The notes below the pieces were generated by a model, which was not told the origin of the DNA, made no database searches, and worked only from the letters and a program-made list of their open reading frames with translations. Below are positions 12,528-21,372 of a stretch of 64,000 nt of DNA, piece by piece. Positions within the stretch are counted from its first letter, which is position 1; the number at the start of each line of letters is the position of its first letter. The stretch covers positions 704,001-768,000 of the forward strand of contig CAVPCT010000005.1 of assembly GCA_963702475.1 (NCBI GenBank), in the 5' to 3' direction. This DNA is from an uncultured Thermoleophilia bacterium. GTDB lineage: Bacteria > Actinomycetota > Thermoleophilia > UBA2241. Both the position numbers and the translations under genes were made by a program.

Positions 12528-13292
12528 TCAGTCACTCTCCGGCAGGCCGAAGGCGCGCCGCGCGTTCGCCGTGGTCACCTCGGCGAGGCGGGCGGCGTCC
12601 CAGCCGCGGACCTCGGCCACGACCGCCGCGGTGTGCGTCACCCAGGCGGGCACGTTGCTGTTGCCGCGGTTCGGCACCGGCGCCAGGAACGGCGCGTCAG
12701 TCTCCAACAGGAGGCGGTCCTCGCGCACCCGAGCCGCGGCCTCACGCAGCGGCGCCGCGTTCTTGTACGTGACGTTGCCGGCGAAGCTGCTGTAGTAGCC
12801 GCGTGAGTTGCACTCGTCCACGTGCTGCGGCAGCGAGAAGCAGTGCATCACGACTATCAGGCCCTCGGCCTCCTCCGCGAGCTGCGCTATGGCCTCGTCC
12901 CCGGCCTCGCGCACGTGCACGACGAGGGGAAGCCCGGCGCGGCGGGCAAGCGCGATCTGCGCGCTGAAGGCCCGCGCCTGTGCGTCGCGCGGCGAGAGGT
13001 CGCGGTAGAAGTCCAGACCGCACTCGCCGACGGCGACCACGCGCGGGTGGGCGGCGAGCGCTTCCAGCTCGACGAGCAGCGCGCCGTCCAGCGCCGCGGC
13101 ATCGTGCGGGTGCAGGCCCACGGTGGCCCACACGCCATCCAGCTCCTCGGCGAGCGCGATGGCCCTGCGCGTGCTCTCCAGGTCGATGCCGATGGTGACG
13201 ATCGTCCCGACCCCGGCCTCGTGAGCCTCTGCGACCGCGACGGCCGGCCGGTCGATCATCTCGAGGTGGCAGTGCGTGTCGATCAGCGGCAT
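12528..13292 (-). CDS. tatD: TatD family deoxyribonuclease
   Basis: IDTHCHL, GLHPH, GECGLD, HCFS and ETDAPF motifs. Start placed at ATG 13292; the upstream in-frame extension is the repeat array. Confidence 0.92.
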   Translation of the reverse strand: MPLIDTHCHLEMIDRPAVAVAEAHEAGVGTIVTIGIDLESTRRAIALAEELDGVWATVGLHPHDAAALDGALLVELEALAAHPRVVAVGECGLDFYRDLSPRDAQARAFSAQIALARRAGLPLVVHVREAGDEAIAQLAEEAEGLIVVMHCFSLPQHVDECNSRGYYSSFAGNVTYKNAAPLREAAARVREDRLLLETDAPFLAPVPNRGNSNVPAWVTHTAAVVAEVRGWDAARLAEVTTANARRAFGLPESD

Positions 13293-13330
13293 GGCCGACT
13301 CCGGCCGCGGCCCGGGCGGTGCGCCCCGGC

Positions 13331-13490
13331 GCTCAGTGACGTGTGCCCCTGCGGCGCACCCGTCGTCGAGCCCTCTCCCGTCGCTCATTGACGGGTGCCC
13401 TTCGCCGCACCCGTCGTTGAGCCCTCTCCCGTCGCTCATTGACGGGTGCCCTTCGCCGCACCCGTCGTTGAGCCCGCCTCGTCGCTCAAT
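13331..13490. repeat. Tandem array of about 40-bp palindromic units (period 51 bp), REP/BIME-like
   Basis: GCTCATTGACGGGTGCCCTTCGCCGCACCCGTCGTTGAGC occurs identically at 13383-13422 and 13434-13473, with a degenerate copy at 13331-13371 and a partial copy at 13484-13490. Linkers are CCTCTCCCGTC. Confidence 0.9.
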
Positions 13491-15012
13491 CTCTCGCCTC
13501 GATGCGCGGGAACAGCGGCGGCCCGGCGACCACGTCGGCAGGCACCAGCGCGCCCCACTGCGCCTTCTCAAGCAGCAGGTCGGCGTCGCCGTGCGGCTGG
13601 CCGAGGCGACGCAATACCTCCTCGGCCGTGCCCGGCATCACCGGGTACAGCGCCACGGCGACCAGACGCAGGCCGGCGGCGAGCGCGTGCAGCACGGCGT
13701 CGAGCCGCTCCGCCTGCGCCGCGTCCTTGGCGAGCTTCCACGGCGCCTCTTCTTCCACAAGACGGTTGAGGCGCCGCACCAGCTCCCACGCGCTCTCGAT
13801 CGCTCCCGTGACCTCGAGCGCGTCGTACCGCTCGCCGGCTGCCCGCACGGCGGCCTCGCCCTCCTCCGCGAGGCGGGCCAGCGGCCCGCCGTCCACGGCC
13901 GGGATACGCCCGTCGGCGTACTTGCCGATCATGCTCACGCTGCGGCTCACGAGGTTGCCGAGTTCGTTGGCCAGCTCGGTGTTGTAGCGCTGCTCGAAGC
14001 CGTCCATGCCGATGGTGCCGTCCTGACCCAGCATGACCTCGCGCATGAGGTAGTAGCGCAGCGGGTCGATGCCGAACTGCTCCATGACGGCGAACGGATC
14101 GAGCACGTTGCCGCGCGTCTTGCTCATCTTCTCGCCGCCCATGATGAGGTAGCCGTGGATGAGCTCGGCTTCGGGCACGGCGTAGCCGGCGCTCATGAGA
14201 AGGGCCGGCCAGATGACGGCGTGGAACTTGAGGATGTCCTTGGCCATCACGTGCAGCTGGGCCGGCCAGTACTTCTCCAGCAGATCCTCACCGGGACGCG
14301 CGTACGTGAGCGCCGAGACGTAGTTGATGAGCGCGTCGACCCACACGTAGATGGTCTGATCCTCGTCCCACGGCACCGGCACGCCCCAGGTGATGCTGGA
14401 ACGGCTGATGGAGATGTCGTCGAGCCCCTGCTCGATGAACGACAGCGCCTCGTTGTAGCGCGACCTGGGCTTCACGTAGTCGGGGTGCGCACGGAAGAAC
14501 GCGGAGAGGCGATCCTGGTACCTGCTGAGCAGGAAGTAGTAGTTCTCCTCCTCCAGCCAGGTGGGCTTGATGCCGTGCTGCGGGCAGGTGCCGTCGGCCG
14601 CCAGGTCGCGCTCGTACCAGAAGCCCTCGCAGGCGGTGCAGTACAGGCCGCCGTAGGTGCGCTTCTCGATGTCGCCCGACGCCCTCATGCGCTCCACGAA
14701 CTGCTGCACGAACGCCTCGTGCTCGGAGTCGGTGGTACGGATGAAGAAGTCGTTGGAGGCGTTGAGCTGCTTCGCCAGGTCGCGGAAGCGCGGTGCGAGC
14801 TCGTCCACGTGCTGCCGCGGCGTGAGGCCCCGCTCGGCCGCGGCCTGGGCCACCTTGTTGCCGTGCTCGTCCACGCCGGTGAGGAAGAAGACGTCGTCGC
14901 CCTTCTGACGGTGGTACCGCGCGAGCACATCGGTGGCGATGGTGGTGTAGGCGTGCCCCAGGTGCGGGTCGCCGTTGACGTAGTAGATGGGTGTGGTGAT
15001 GTAGAAGCGCAT
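13486..15012 (-). CDS. metG: Methionyl-tRNA synthetase (short form)
   Basis: FYITTPIYYVNGDPHLGH, Zn knuckle CTACE...CPQH, and KMSKT. Start at ATG 15012. Confidence 0.96.
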   Translation of the reverse strand: MRFYITTPIYYVNGDPHLGHAYTTIATDVLARYHRQKGDDVFFLTGVDEHGNKVAQAAAERGLTPRQHVDELAPRFRDLAKQLNASNDFFIRTTDSEHEAFVQQFVERMRASGDIEKRTYGGLYCTACEGFWYERDLAADGTCPQHGIKPTWLEEENYYFLLSRYQDRLSAFFRAHPDYVKPRSRYNEALSFIEQGLDDISISRSSITWGVPVPWDEDQTIYVWVDALINYVSALTYARPGEDLLEKYWPAQLHVMAKDILKFHAVIWPALLMSAGYAVPEAELIHGYLIMGGEKMSKTRGNVLDPFAVMEQFGIDPLRYYLMREVMLGQDGTIGMDGFEQRYNTELANELGNLVSRSVSMIGKYADGRIPAVDGGPLARLAEEGEAAVRAAGERYDALEVTGAIESAWELVRRLNRLVEEEAPWKLAKDAAQAERLDAVLHALAAGLRLVAVALYPVMPGTAEEVLRRLGQPHGDADLLLEKAQWGALVPADVVAGPPLFPRIEARD

Positions 15013-15017
15013 CCGTC

Positions 15018-15599
15018 TCAGTCTACTTCTTCTGCGGGTTTGAGGGACTTGGCCGCCTGGCCGTAGCTGCCGAGGCGCTCGCCCAGCGACCAGTATTCCC
15101 CCTCGGCGTAGGCGAAGGCGTCGAGCGCGGCGACCTTGAGCCGGCCGCGCGAGTCCACGACGTCCTCGTCGTACTGCACCGCGACGACTTCGGCGATGAA
15201 GAGGTCGTGGACGCCCAGCAGCAGCTGATGGCGGACGACGCACTCGATGTTCACGGGGCATTCTGTGATGAGCGGCGCCCCGACCTTGGAGGCCGACGCC
15301 GCCGTGAACCCGAGCTCCTTGAACTTGTCGTGGTCCTTGCCGGAGATCACGCCGGCCGCGTCGACCTTGGCGACCTGCCCGGCGCGCGGGATGTTGACGA
15401 CGAACTCGCGCGCCGCGTTCACGAGCCCGTGCGAGTGCCGCGACGGGCGGATGGCCACACTGATCATGGGTGGCTGCGAACAGACGACGCCCACCCAGGC
15501 GAGCGTGATCATGTTGGGCTTCTTGCCCTCGCCGGCGACCGACAGCAGCACGACGGGCGTCGGCAGGAGCGGGGTGGACGGCTTGCGCGTGATCTTCAT
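15018..15599 (-). CDS. Flavin reductase-like FMN-binding (flavoredoxin-type) protein
   Basis: PTPVVL, NMITLAWVG, EFVVNIP, SGKDHDK, ECPVNIEC and HDLFIAEV motifs. Start at ATG 15599. Confidence 0.88.
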   Translation of the reverse strand: MKITRKPSTPLLPTPVVLLSVAGEGKKPNMITLAWVGVVCSQPPMISVAIRPSRHSHGLVNAAREFVVNIPRAGQVAKVDAAGVISGKDHDKFKELGFTAASASKVGAPLITECPVNIECVVRHQLLLGVHDLFIAEVVAVQYDEDVVDSRGRLKVAALDAFAYAEGEYWSLGERLGSYGQAAKSLKPAEEVD

Positions 15600-15745
15600 G
15601 CCGGGCTCCCTGGTCGGGTGTTGTGGGGCGGAGGGGGCGGCTGAGACCCGGGACTCCGCCCGCAATCGTATCGCACTCGGTAATTCGCACTGCACTAGCG
15701 CTCGAACAACGACATTCGTAGAATGCAGGGGTCGAAGGGAGCAGC

Positions 15746-16219
15746 ATGCGCAGGCAGGCACTGGACCAGACCGACGTCGCCATCATCGGCCACCTGCAGG
15801 CCGACGGCCGCCGCGCGTTCACCGCGATCGCCAAGGATCTGGGCATCTCGGAGGCGAGCGTGCGCCAGCGGGTCTCGCGGCTCCTGCAGAGCAACGTCAT
15901 CCAGATCGTCGCCGTGAGCAGCCCGCTCGACCTGGGCCTCATGTGGGCCCAGGTGCAGCTGCGGGTGCGCGGCGACCGCGTCGAGGAGGTGGCCGGGGCG
16001 GTGGCAGCGCTGCCGCAGGTGGACTTCGTCAGCGTCTGCGCCGGCGACGTGGACATCATCGCCGGCGTGGTCGCCCACGACCGCGAGGAGCTTTACGACG
16101 TGCTCGTCAACGACATCCGCGGTATCCCCGGCATCGAACAGGCCGACATGGTGCTGCACTTGCGCGTGCTCAAGGACACCTACGAGTGGTCGCCTGGCAG
16201 ACGCACCGAGCGGCCGTGA
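15746..16219 (+). CDS. Lrp/AsnC family transcriptional regulator
   Basis: LDQTDVAIIGHLQADGRRAFTAIAKDLGISEASVRQRV helix-turn-helix plus C-terminal RAM domain. Confidence 0.92.
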   Translation: MRRQALDQTDVAIIGHLQADGRRAFTAIAKDLGISEASVRQRVSRLLQSNVIQIVAVSSPLDLGLMWAQVQLRVRGDRVEEVAGAVAALPQVDFVSVCAGDVDIIAGVVAHDREELYDVLVNDIRGIPGIEQADMVLHLRVLKDTYEWSPGRRTERP

Positions 16220-16232
16220 GGAGCTGAGAGCC

Positions 16233-17618
16233 ATGGGCGACCAGACACGCCCCCACGTCCACACGCCGCCGCCGGGACCCCGCAGCCAGGCGCTGTTCAA
16301 GAGGGCCGACGACATCATGCTCGGCGTCTCCCTCATCGGGAGCTGGCCGCCGAGCCACTTCGTCGGCCGCTACCGCGACGGCTGGTTCCTCGAGGACGTC
16401 GACGGCAACCGCTACATCGACTGGCTCGCCGGCTGGGCTTCGTCCCCGCTCGGCGGCAACCACCCCGAGCTGGTCGAGGCCGCGCACACGGCCCTCAAGG
16501 AGTACGGCACGGAGTGTCTCTCCTCGCTGACGGTCTGGCACCAGTACGAGCTCGCCGAGCGCCTGGTCGAGATCGCCCCCAGGCCGCTCACCAAGGTCGT
16601 CTACGACACCACCGGCAGCGAGGTCGTGGAGAACGCCGTGCGCATCATGCGCGAAGCCGCCGGGCCGGGCCGCCCCTTCGTCATCACCTTCCTGGGCAGC
16701 TTCCACGGCGGCAACTACGGCACCGGCGCCATGGGCCCGCACAACGCTCACTACAACCACGCCATCGAGCCGTTCATGAGCGGCTGGATCAACGTCCCCT
16801 TCCCCACCTGTTACCGCTGCCCGTTCCACCTCGAGCACCCGGCGTGCGACCTCGCCTGCCTCGAGTTCATCGAGGAGACGATCCTGCGGTACAAGGCGAC
16901 GCCCGAGAGCATCGCAGGCGTCGCCGTCGAGTTCATCCAGGGTGAGAACGGCATCCAGATCCCGCCCCCGGAGTGGCCCAAGCGCCTGTCCGACCTCTGC
17001 AAGAAGTACGGCTGGATCCTCTACAACGACGAGGTCCAGGAGGGCATGGGCCGCTGCGGCGACTGGTTCCTGATCGACCAGTACCCCGGCGTCGAAGCCG
17101 AGCTTCTGTCGCTCGGCAAGGGCACGTCGGGCGGCCTCATCCCCATCTGCTACACGCTCGGGTCCGACCGCATGAGCGAGCCGGCCGGCGAGCTGTACAC
17201 GGGAGGCACGTTCGCCGGCTCGCCCGTGGGCTGCGCCGTGGGCATCAAGCTCATGGAGATCATCAGGCGGGACAACGTGCTGGACAACGTCAAGGAGCTC
17301 GAGCGCATCGCCCGGACGAAGCTCGGCGTCATGAAGGAGAAGTACGAGATCGTCGGCGACGTGCGTGTCAAGGGCTGCTACCAGTGCGTGGAGTTCGTCG
17401 AGGACAAGGAGTCGAAGACGCCGGCGCACGACCTGACGCGTGAGGTGGTGTACGCGATGGAGCGGCGCGGCGTGATCCCGATCTACGAGCCGGCGTTCAA
17501 CTGGTTCAGGCCCACGCCGGCGCTCAACATGCCGCCCGAGCTGTTCGCCCTGGGCTGCGACATCGTGGAAGAATGCGTGGCCGAGGTGAGCAGGGAGCAC
17601 GCCAAGGGCATCGCCTGA
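16233..17618 (+). CDS. Class III PLP aminotransferase (GABA/putrescine/ornithine aminotransferase-like)
   Basis: DVDGNRYID, GSEVVENA, SFHG, EFIQGENG, DEVQEGMGR, SLGKG (PLP Lys) and GTFAGSP. Confidence 0.9.
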   Translation: MGDQTRPHVHTPPPGPRSQALFKRADDIMLGVSLIGSWPPSHFVGRYRDGWFLEDVDGNRYIDWLAGWASSPLGGNHPELVEAAHTALKEYGTECLSSLTVWHQYELAERLVEIAPRPLTKVVYDTTGSEVVENAVRIMREAAGPGRPFVITFLGSFHGGNYGTGAMGPHNAHYNHAIEPFMSGWINVPFPTCYRCPFHLEHPACDLACLEFIEETILRYKATPESIAGVAVEFIQGENGIQIPPPEWPKRLSDLCKKYGWILYNDEVQEGMGRCGDWFLIDQYPGVEAELLSLGKGTSGGLIPICYTLGSDRMSEPAGELYTGGTFAGSPVGCAVGIKLMEIIRRDNVLDNVKELERIARTKLGVMKEKYEIVGDVRVKGCYQCVEFVEDKESKTPAHDLTREVVYAMERRGVIPIYEPAFNWFRPTPALNMPPELFALGCDIVEECVAEVSREHAKGIA

Positions 17619-17680
17619 GCGTGCGGGCCGCATCCGCAGGCCACGACGACAGACGCGTCACGCGCCAGGAGGCACGACCG

Positions 17681-18640
17681 ATGACGTACCAGGAGCTGCC
17701 GTTCGCCGGCATCGCGACCTTCTTCAAAGCGCCGCACGTGGCGCAGCCCACTCGCGACGAAGCCGATGTGGCGGTGCTCGGCGTCCCCTGGGACCTGGGG
17801 ACGACGAGCCGTTCCGGGGCGCGCATGGGGCCGCGCGCGCTGCGCGAGGCGTCCACGATGTACGCGTTTCGCGACGACCTCGAGCCGCTCTACGACGGCG
17901 AGGCCGGGGTCAAGCTCATGGGCGGCGTACGGTGGGCCGACGCGGGCGATGTCGCACTCGGGCCCATGTGGCTCACCGACCGCTACCACGAGGCCGTGCG
18001 CGAGCGTCTGCTGCCGATCCTGGAGGCGGGCCTCCTTCCCGTCACCCTGGGCGGCGACCATTCGATCACCTACCCGCTCCTCAAGACGCTGTACGAGGCG
18101 CGCGGCGAGCGCCCCTTCCAGCTCGTGCAGTTCGACACGCACATGGACTACTGGGACGAGGAGGGCGGCGAACGCTACTCGCACGCGAGCCCGATCATCC
18201 GCAGTCACGAGGCGGGCTGGCTGACCGGCCTCACCCAGTACGGCATCCGCAGCCTGCACACGGCCGGCGACAACATCGGTCTCGCCCGCCGCCGCGGCGC
18301 CCGCATCTTCTGGGCCGAGCAGGCCAAGGACATGCAGCCGGCCGAGCTGGTCGAACACCTCGAGCCGGGCGTCGACACGTATGTCACGTTCGACATCGAC
18401 GCCCTCGACCCGGCCATCGCGCCCGGCACCGGCACGCCCGAGCCGGGCGGCTTCAGCTACTACGAGGCCAAGGGGATCCTCCTGGCCGTCTGCGCCCGCT
18501 GCAACGTCATCGGCATGGACCTCGTCGAGGTGGCGCCGATGTACGACGGTCCGGGCCAGCTCACGGCGTTGCACGGCGCCCGCCTCATCCTCGACGCCGT
18601 GGGCGCCGTGTTCCGCCGGCGCGCCCAGCTGGCGAGCTGA
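17681..18640 (+). CDS. Agmatinase/ureohydrolase family protein
   Basis: GARMGP, GGDHS, DTHMD, DIDALDP and GTGTPEPGG metal-binding motifs. AGGAGG precedes ATG 17681. Confidence 0.9.
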   Translation: MTYQELPFAGIATFFKAPHVAQPTRDEADVAVLGVPWDLGTTSRSGARMGPRALREASTMYAFRDDLEPLYDGEAGVKLMGGVRWADAGDVALGPMWLTDRYHEAVRERLLPILEAGLLPVTLGGDHSITYPLLKTLYEARGERPFQLVQFDTHMDYWDEEGGERYSHASPIIRSHEAGWLTGLTQYGIRSLHTAGDNIGLARRRGARIFWAEQAKDMQPAELVEHLEPGVDTYVTFDIDALDPAIAPGTGTPEPGGFSYYEAKGILLAVCARCNVIGMDLVEVAPMYDGPGQLTALHGARLILDAVGAVFRRRAQLAS

Positions 18641-18725
18641 CGCACCGCGAACCGCGCTCGCGCGATGCCGCGCGGACGCCCTCGGCCGCACCGGGGTCTC
18701 GCTCCGGCCGCGCCGCCTCAACGAG

Positions 18726-19238
18726 CTACGTGGCTCGATCCTCCGCGGTGGCGACGCGCAGGCGGCGGCGCGCCGTCCCGAGAAGCTGGGAGACGCGCGA
18801 CTCATGCACGCCCAGGTCGCGCGCTATCTGCTTGTGAGGAACGCCGGCGGCGTGCTGCAGGACCACCCGCCGCAGCCGGCCGCGAAGGCAGGCGATGGCG
18901 GCCAGCAGGTCCAGGTGACCGTCCGGCGCCACGGCGTGGGGGTCGGGGAACGTCTCTGCCATCTTGTCCGGGTCCCACGGCGCCTCGAGGTCCTCCCAGC
19001 GCGTGGTGAACGTGGAGCGGGCGCGACACGCGTCGCGCAGCGCGCCCCTGACGCGCCAGAACGCATAGCCGGCGAAGGGGACGCCGCGCCGCGGGTCGAA
19101 CCGGCGGCCGGCCTCGACCAGGGCCACGGCGCCGACGCCGAGAGCGTCATCGGCGCCGAGAGGCGTCCTCGCATAGCGCGAGGCCATCTTTCGCAGCATC
19201 GGCAGTGCCGCAAGGATCTGCTCGTCACTCGCACCCAT
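18726..19238 (-). CDS. Small sigma-70 family factor (FliA/WhiG-like regions 2 and 4, 170 aa)
   Basis: Region 2 ALVEAGRRFDPRRGVPFAGYAFWRVRGALRD and region 4 HKQIARDLGVHESRVSQL. AGGAGG lies 9 nt before ATG 19238. Confidence 0.85.
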   Translation of the reverse strand: MGASDEQILAALPMLRKMASRYARTPLGADDALGVGAVALVEAGRRFDPRRGVPFAGYAFWRVRGALRDACRARSTFTTRWEDLEAPWDPDKMAETFPDPHAVAPDGHLDLLAAIACLRGRLRRVVLQHAAGVPHKQIARDLGVHESRVSQLLGTARRRLRVATAEDRAT

Positions 19239-19424
19239 CAGGCGTGCCCTCCTGCTCGGGTCCTGCGCGCTCACACTGGAGCGCGACGGTCTCGTCCGGG
19301 CACGGCACGGCCGGCCTCGTGGACGGCACGAGTGCCCGGGTGGTGGAGGTCTTGCTTGACTGCGTGGTGAGTCTGGCGACGTCGTCCTGCGTAGCGGACC
19401 GGGGAACGGACGCCCGGTCCGGGG

Positions 19425-19453
19425 CAGTCTCTTGGCCCCTCAGGACGATGTCA
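19425..19453 (-). promoter_or_regulatory. Putative sigma-70 promoter of the sigma-factor gene (TTGACA-17-GAGACT)
   Basis: Perfect TTGACA, 17-nt spacer and a weak -10. Confidence 0.4.
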
Positions 19454-19518
19454 ACCAGACGACGCCCGTACGAGAAACTCAGTCCGACGGCGAGGTCAGA
19501 CGGAGTACGAGGACGAGG

Positions 19519-20973
19519 TCATGCCGGCAACGAGACGCTGAAAGTCGAGCCCTCACCGACGACGCCGGCCACGTCCAGACGGCCGCCGGCCCGCTCCACG
19601 AGACGCTTCACGATGGAGAGTCCGAGGCCGTTGCCCTCGAGCTCTCGCGTCTCGTCGCGCTTCTCGCGGAAGAACTCGTCGAACAGCCGGCCTAGGTTCT
19701 CCTCCCTGATACCGATGCCGGTGTCCGCCACCTCCAGGCGCAGCCAGCCGTCAAGGACCGCCCCTCGCACCGTCACGGAACCGCCGTCGCGGTTGTATTT
19801 CACGGCATTGCCGACGAGGTTGCTGAGCACCAGGCGGAGGTCGTCGGGGCGGATGAGCACGGGAGGCGGATCCGCCGGCAGCTCGACGGTGACGGTCACG
19901 CCGCGTTGCGCGCCGCGCTCGCGCCCGAGCTCGGCGACCTCTTCCACCAACGGGGCGAGCGCCACGAGCTCGGGCTCGTCGCCTTCCGGCGCCTGCTCGC
20001 TGCGCGCGAGCGTGAGCAGGTCACGGATGAGCTCCACGAGGTCGTCGATGCGATGGTCGGCGCGGCCCACGAGCGGCAGGTACGGGTCGAGCTCATCGCC
20101 CAGGCTCTTGTCGATCACCACCTCGAGCAGTCCCTTGATCGAGCCCAGCGGGCTCTTGAGCTCGTGGACCATGGTGCGGATGAACCTCTGCTTCTCCATG
20201 GCGAGTCGCCGGACCTCGCTGATGTCGCTCAGCGTGAGGATGCGTCCGCGCGCCTCGCCGTCCTCGCCCGCGAAGGTGACGATGCTCGCCATCCAGGTCC
20301 GCTCCCCGAGCTCGAGCTGGCGCACGGTGCGGTCCCTGGCCGGCGCCGCCAGCTGCTCGGCCAGCGGCGCCAGGGCGCCGCCCGCGAGCAGCTCCCGCGC
20401 CGGCCGCATGAGCGCGCCCTCCTCCCCCACACCCAGCACCTCGAGCATCGGCGGGTTGGCGAGGACGACGTCGCCGTGGCGGTTGACCACCAGGACGGCG
20501 TCGCGCAGCGAGCTGACCAGGGAGTGCGTCTGGGTCTTCTCCTCGGCCAGGGCGAGCAGGCTCGCCTCGTGTTCGGCGCGCAGGCGCTCGGCTTCCGCCC
20601 GCGCCTGCCTGTGCCGCAGCAGCGTGGCCACGACGCCCTCGAGGTCTTCGGGGCTGAACGGCTTGGGCAGGAAGAAATCGACGCCCTGCCGGGTGGCCGC
20701 CACGGCGGTGTCGATGTTGGCGTAGGCCGTGATCATGCAGACCATGGCGTCGCAGCCGCGCTGCTTCATGGTCCGCAGCAGGCTGAGTCCGTCGGTGTCG
20801 GGCAGGCGGTAGTCGAGCAGGGCGACGTCGTAGTCGCGCTCCTCGAGCGCGGCCAGCGCGGCCGCGCCGTCGCCGGCCTCGCCCACGTCGTAGCCCTCCA
20901 TCTCGAGGATGGTGCGGATGCCGCTGCGCACTCCGTACTCGTCGTCGACGACGAGGATGCTGCCCGCGCTCAT
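19519..20973 (-). CDS. Hybrid sensor histidine kinase (REC-PAS-HisKA-HATPase)
   Basis: Receiver VDDE/LLDYRLP/KPF; PAS-like LRDAVLVVNRHGDVVLANP; HELKSPL; NLVGNAVKY; DTGIGI; GNGLGL. Confidence 0.92.
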   Translation of the reverse strand: MSAGSILVVDDEYGVRSGIRTILEMEGYDVGEAGDGAAALAALEERDYDVALLDYRLPDTDGLSLLRTMKQRGCDAMVCMITAYANIDTAVAATRQGVDFFLPKPFSPEDLEGVVATLLRHRQARAEAERLRAEHEASLLALAEEKTQTHSLVSSLRDAVLVVNRHGDVVLANPPMLEVLGVGEEGALMRPARELLAGGALAPLAEQLAAPARDRTVRQLELGERTWMASIVTFAGEDGEARGRILTLSDISEVRRLAMEKQRFIRTMVHELKSPLGSIKGLLEVVIDKSLGDELDPYLPLVGRADHRIDDLVELIRDLLTLARSEQAPEGDEPELVALAPLVEEVAELGRERGAQRGVTVTVELPADPPPVLIRPDDLRLVLSNLVGNAVKYNRDGGSVTVRGAVLDGWLRLEVADTGIGIREENLGRLFDEFFREKRDETRELEGNGLGLSIVKRLVERAGGRLDVAGVVGEGSTFSVSLPA

Positions 20974-21368
20974 GCCGACGCCACTTCCTCGATGACGGCG
21001 AGCACCTGGGCGCCGGTCACCGGCTTGTCCAGGAACCTGGCCAAGCCGGACCAGGCGCGCAGTCCCGCGGCCTCGCCGTCGAACCGCGTGCCCGTCTCGG
21101 CCGCGACCCCGCTCAGCATGACCAGCGGAACGCCGGCGAGCCGCTCGTCCTTGCCGATGCGATAGCCGAGCCGAAAGCCGTCGTCGATGTGCTCCATCAT
21201 CAGGTCGAGGAAGATCACCGCCGGGGTCTCGCCCTCGAGCACCCGCAGGGCGTCGTCGGGGGACTCGGCCGTCAACACGCGGTAGCCGCGCGCCTCCAGG
21301 AACAGGCGCTTGCCGTCCAGGAAGTCCCGGTCGTCGTCCACGAACAGGACGGTGGTCGGCGTCGTCAT
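20970..21368 (-). CDS. Single-domain response regulator (receiver only)
   Basis: VDDD, FLDLMM, MLSG and DKPV motifs; no output domain. Confidence 0.9.
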   Translation of the reverse strand: MTTPTTVLFVDDDRDFLDGKRLFLEARGYRVLTAESPDDALRVLEGETPAVIFLDLMMEHIDDGFRLGYRIGKDERLAGVPLVMLSGVAAETGTRFDGEAAGLRAWSGLARFLDKPVTGAQVLAVIEEVASA

Positions 21369-21372
21369 GGGG

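Noticed and set aside
13331-13490. Possible CRISPR array
   Set aside because: The intervening sequences are only 10-11 nt and identical or nearly so, and there are no cas genes. Kept as a REP-like tandem repeat.
15013-16059. 857-aa MetG and other over-extended ORF-track starts (prs, tatD, hydA, rplQ, rplB, rpsC, ROK kinase, rsmI, truA)
   Set aside because: The extensions overlap neighbouring real genes or the repeat array and lack homology-like sequence. Starts were reassigned using RBS, coupling and family N-termini.
17619-17680. Guanidine riboswitch upstream of the ureohydrolase
   Set aside because: ACGA words are present but not as paired ACGR-loop hairpins, and no ykkC-I or ykkC-III architecture is recognisable.
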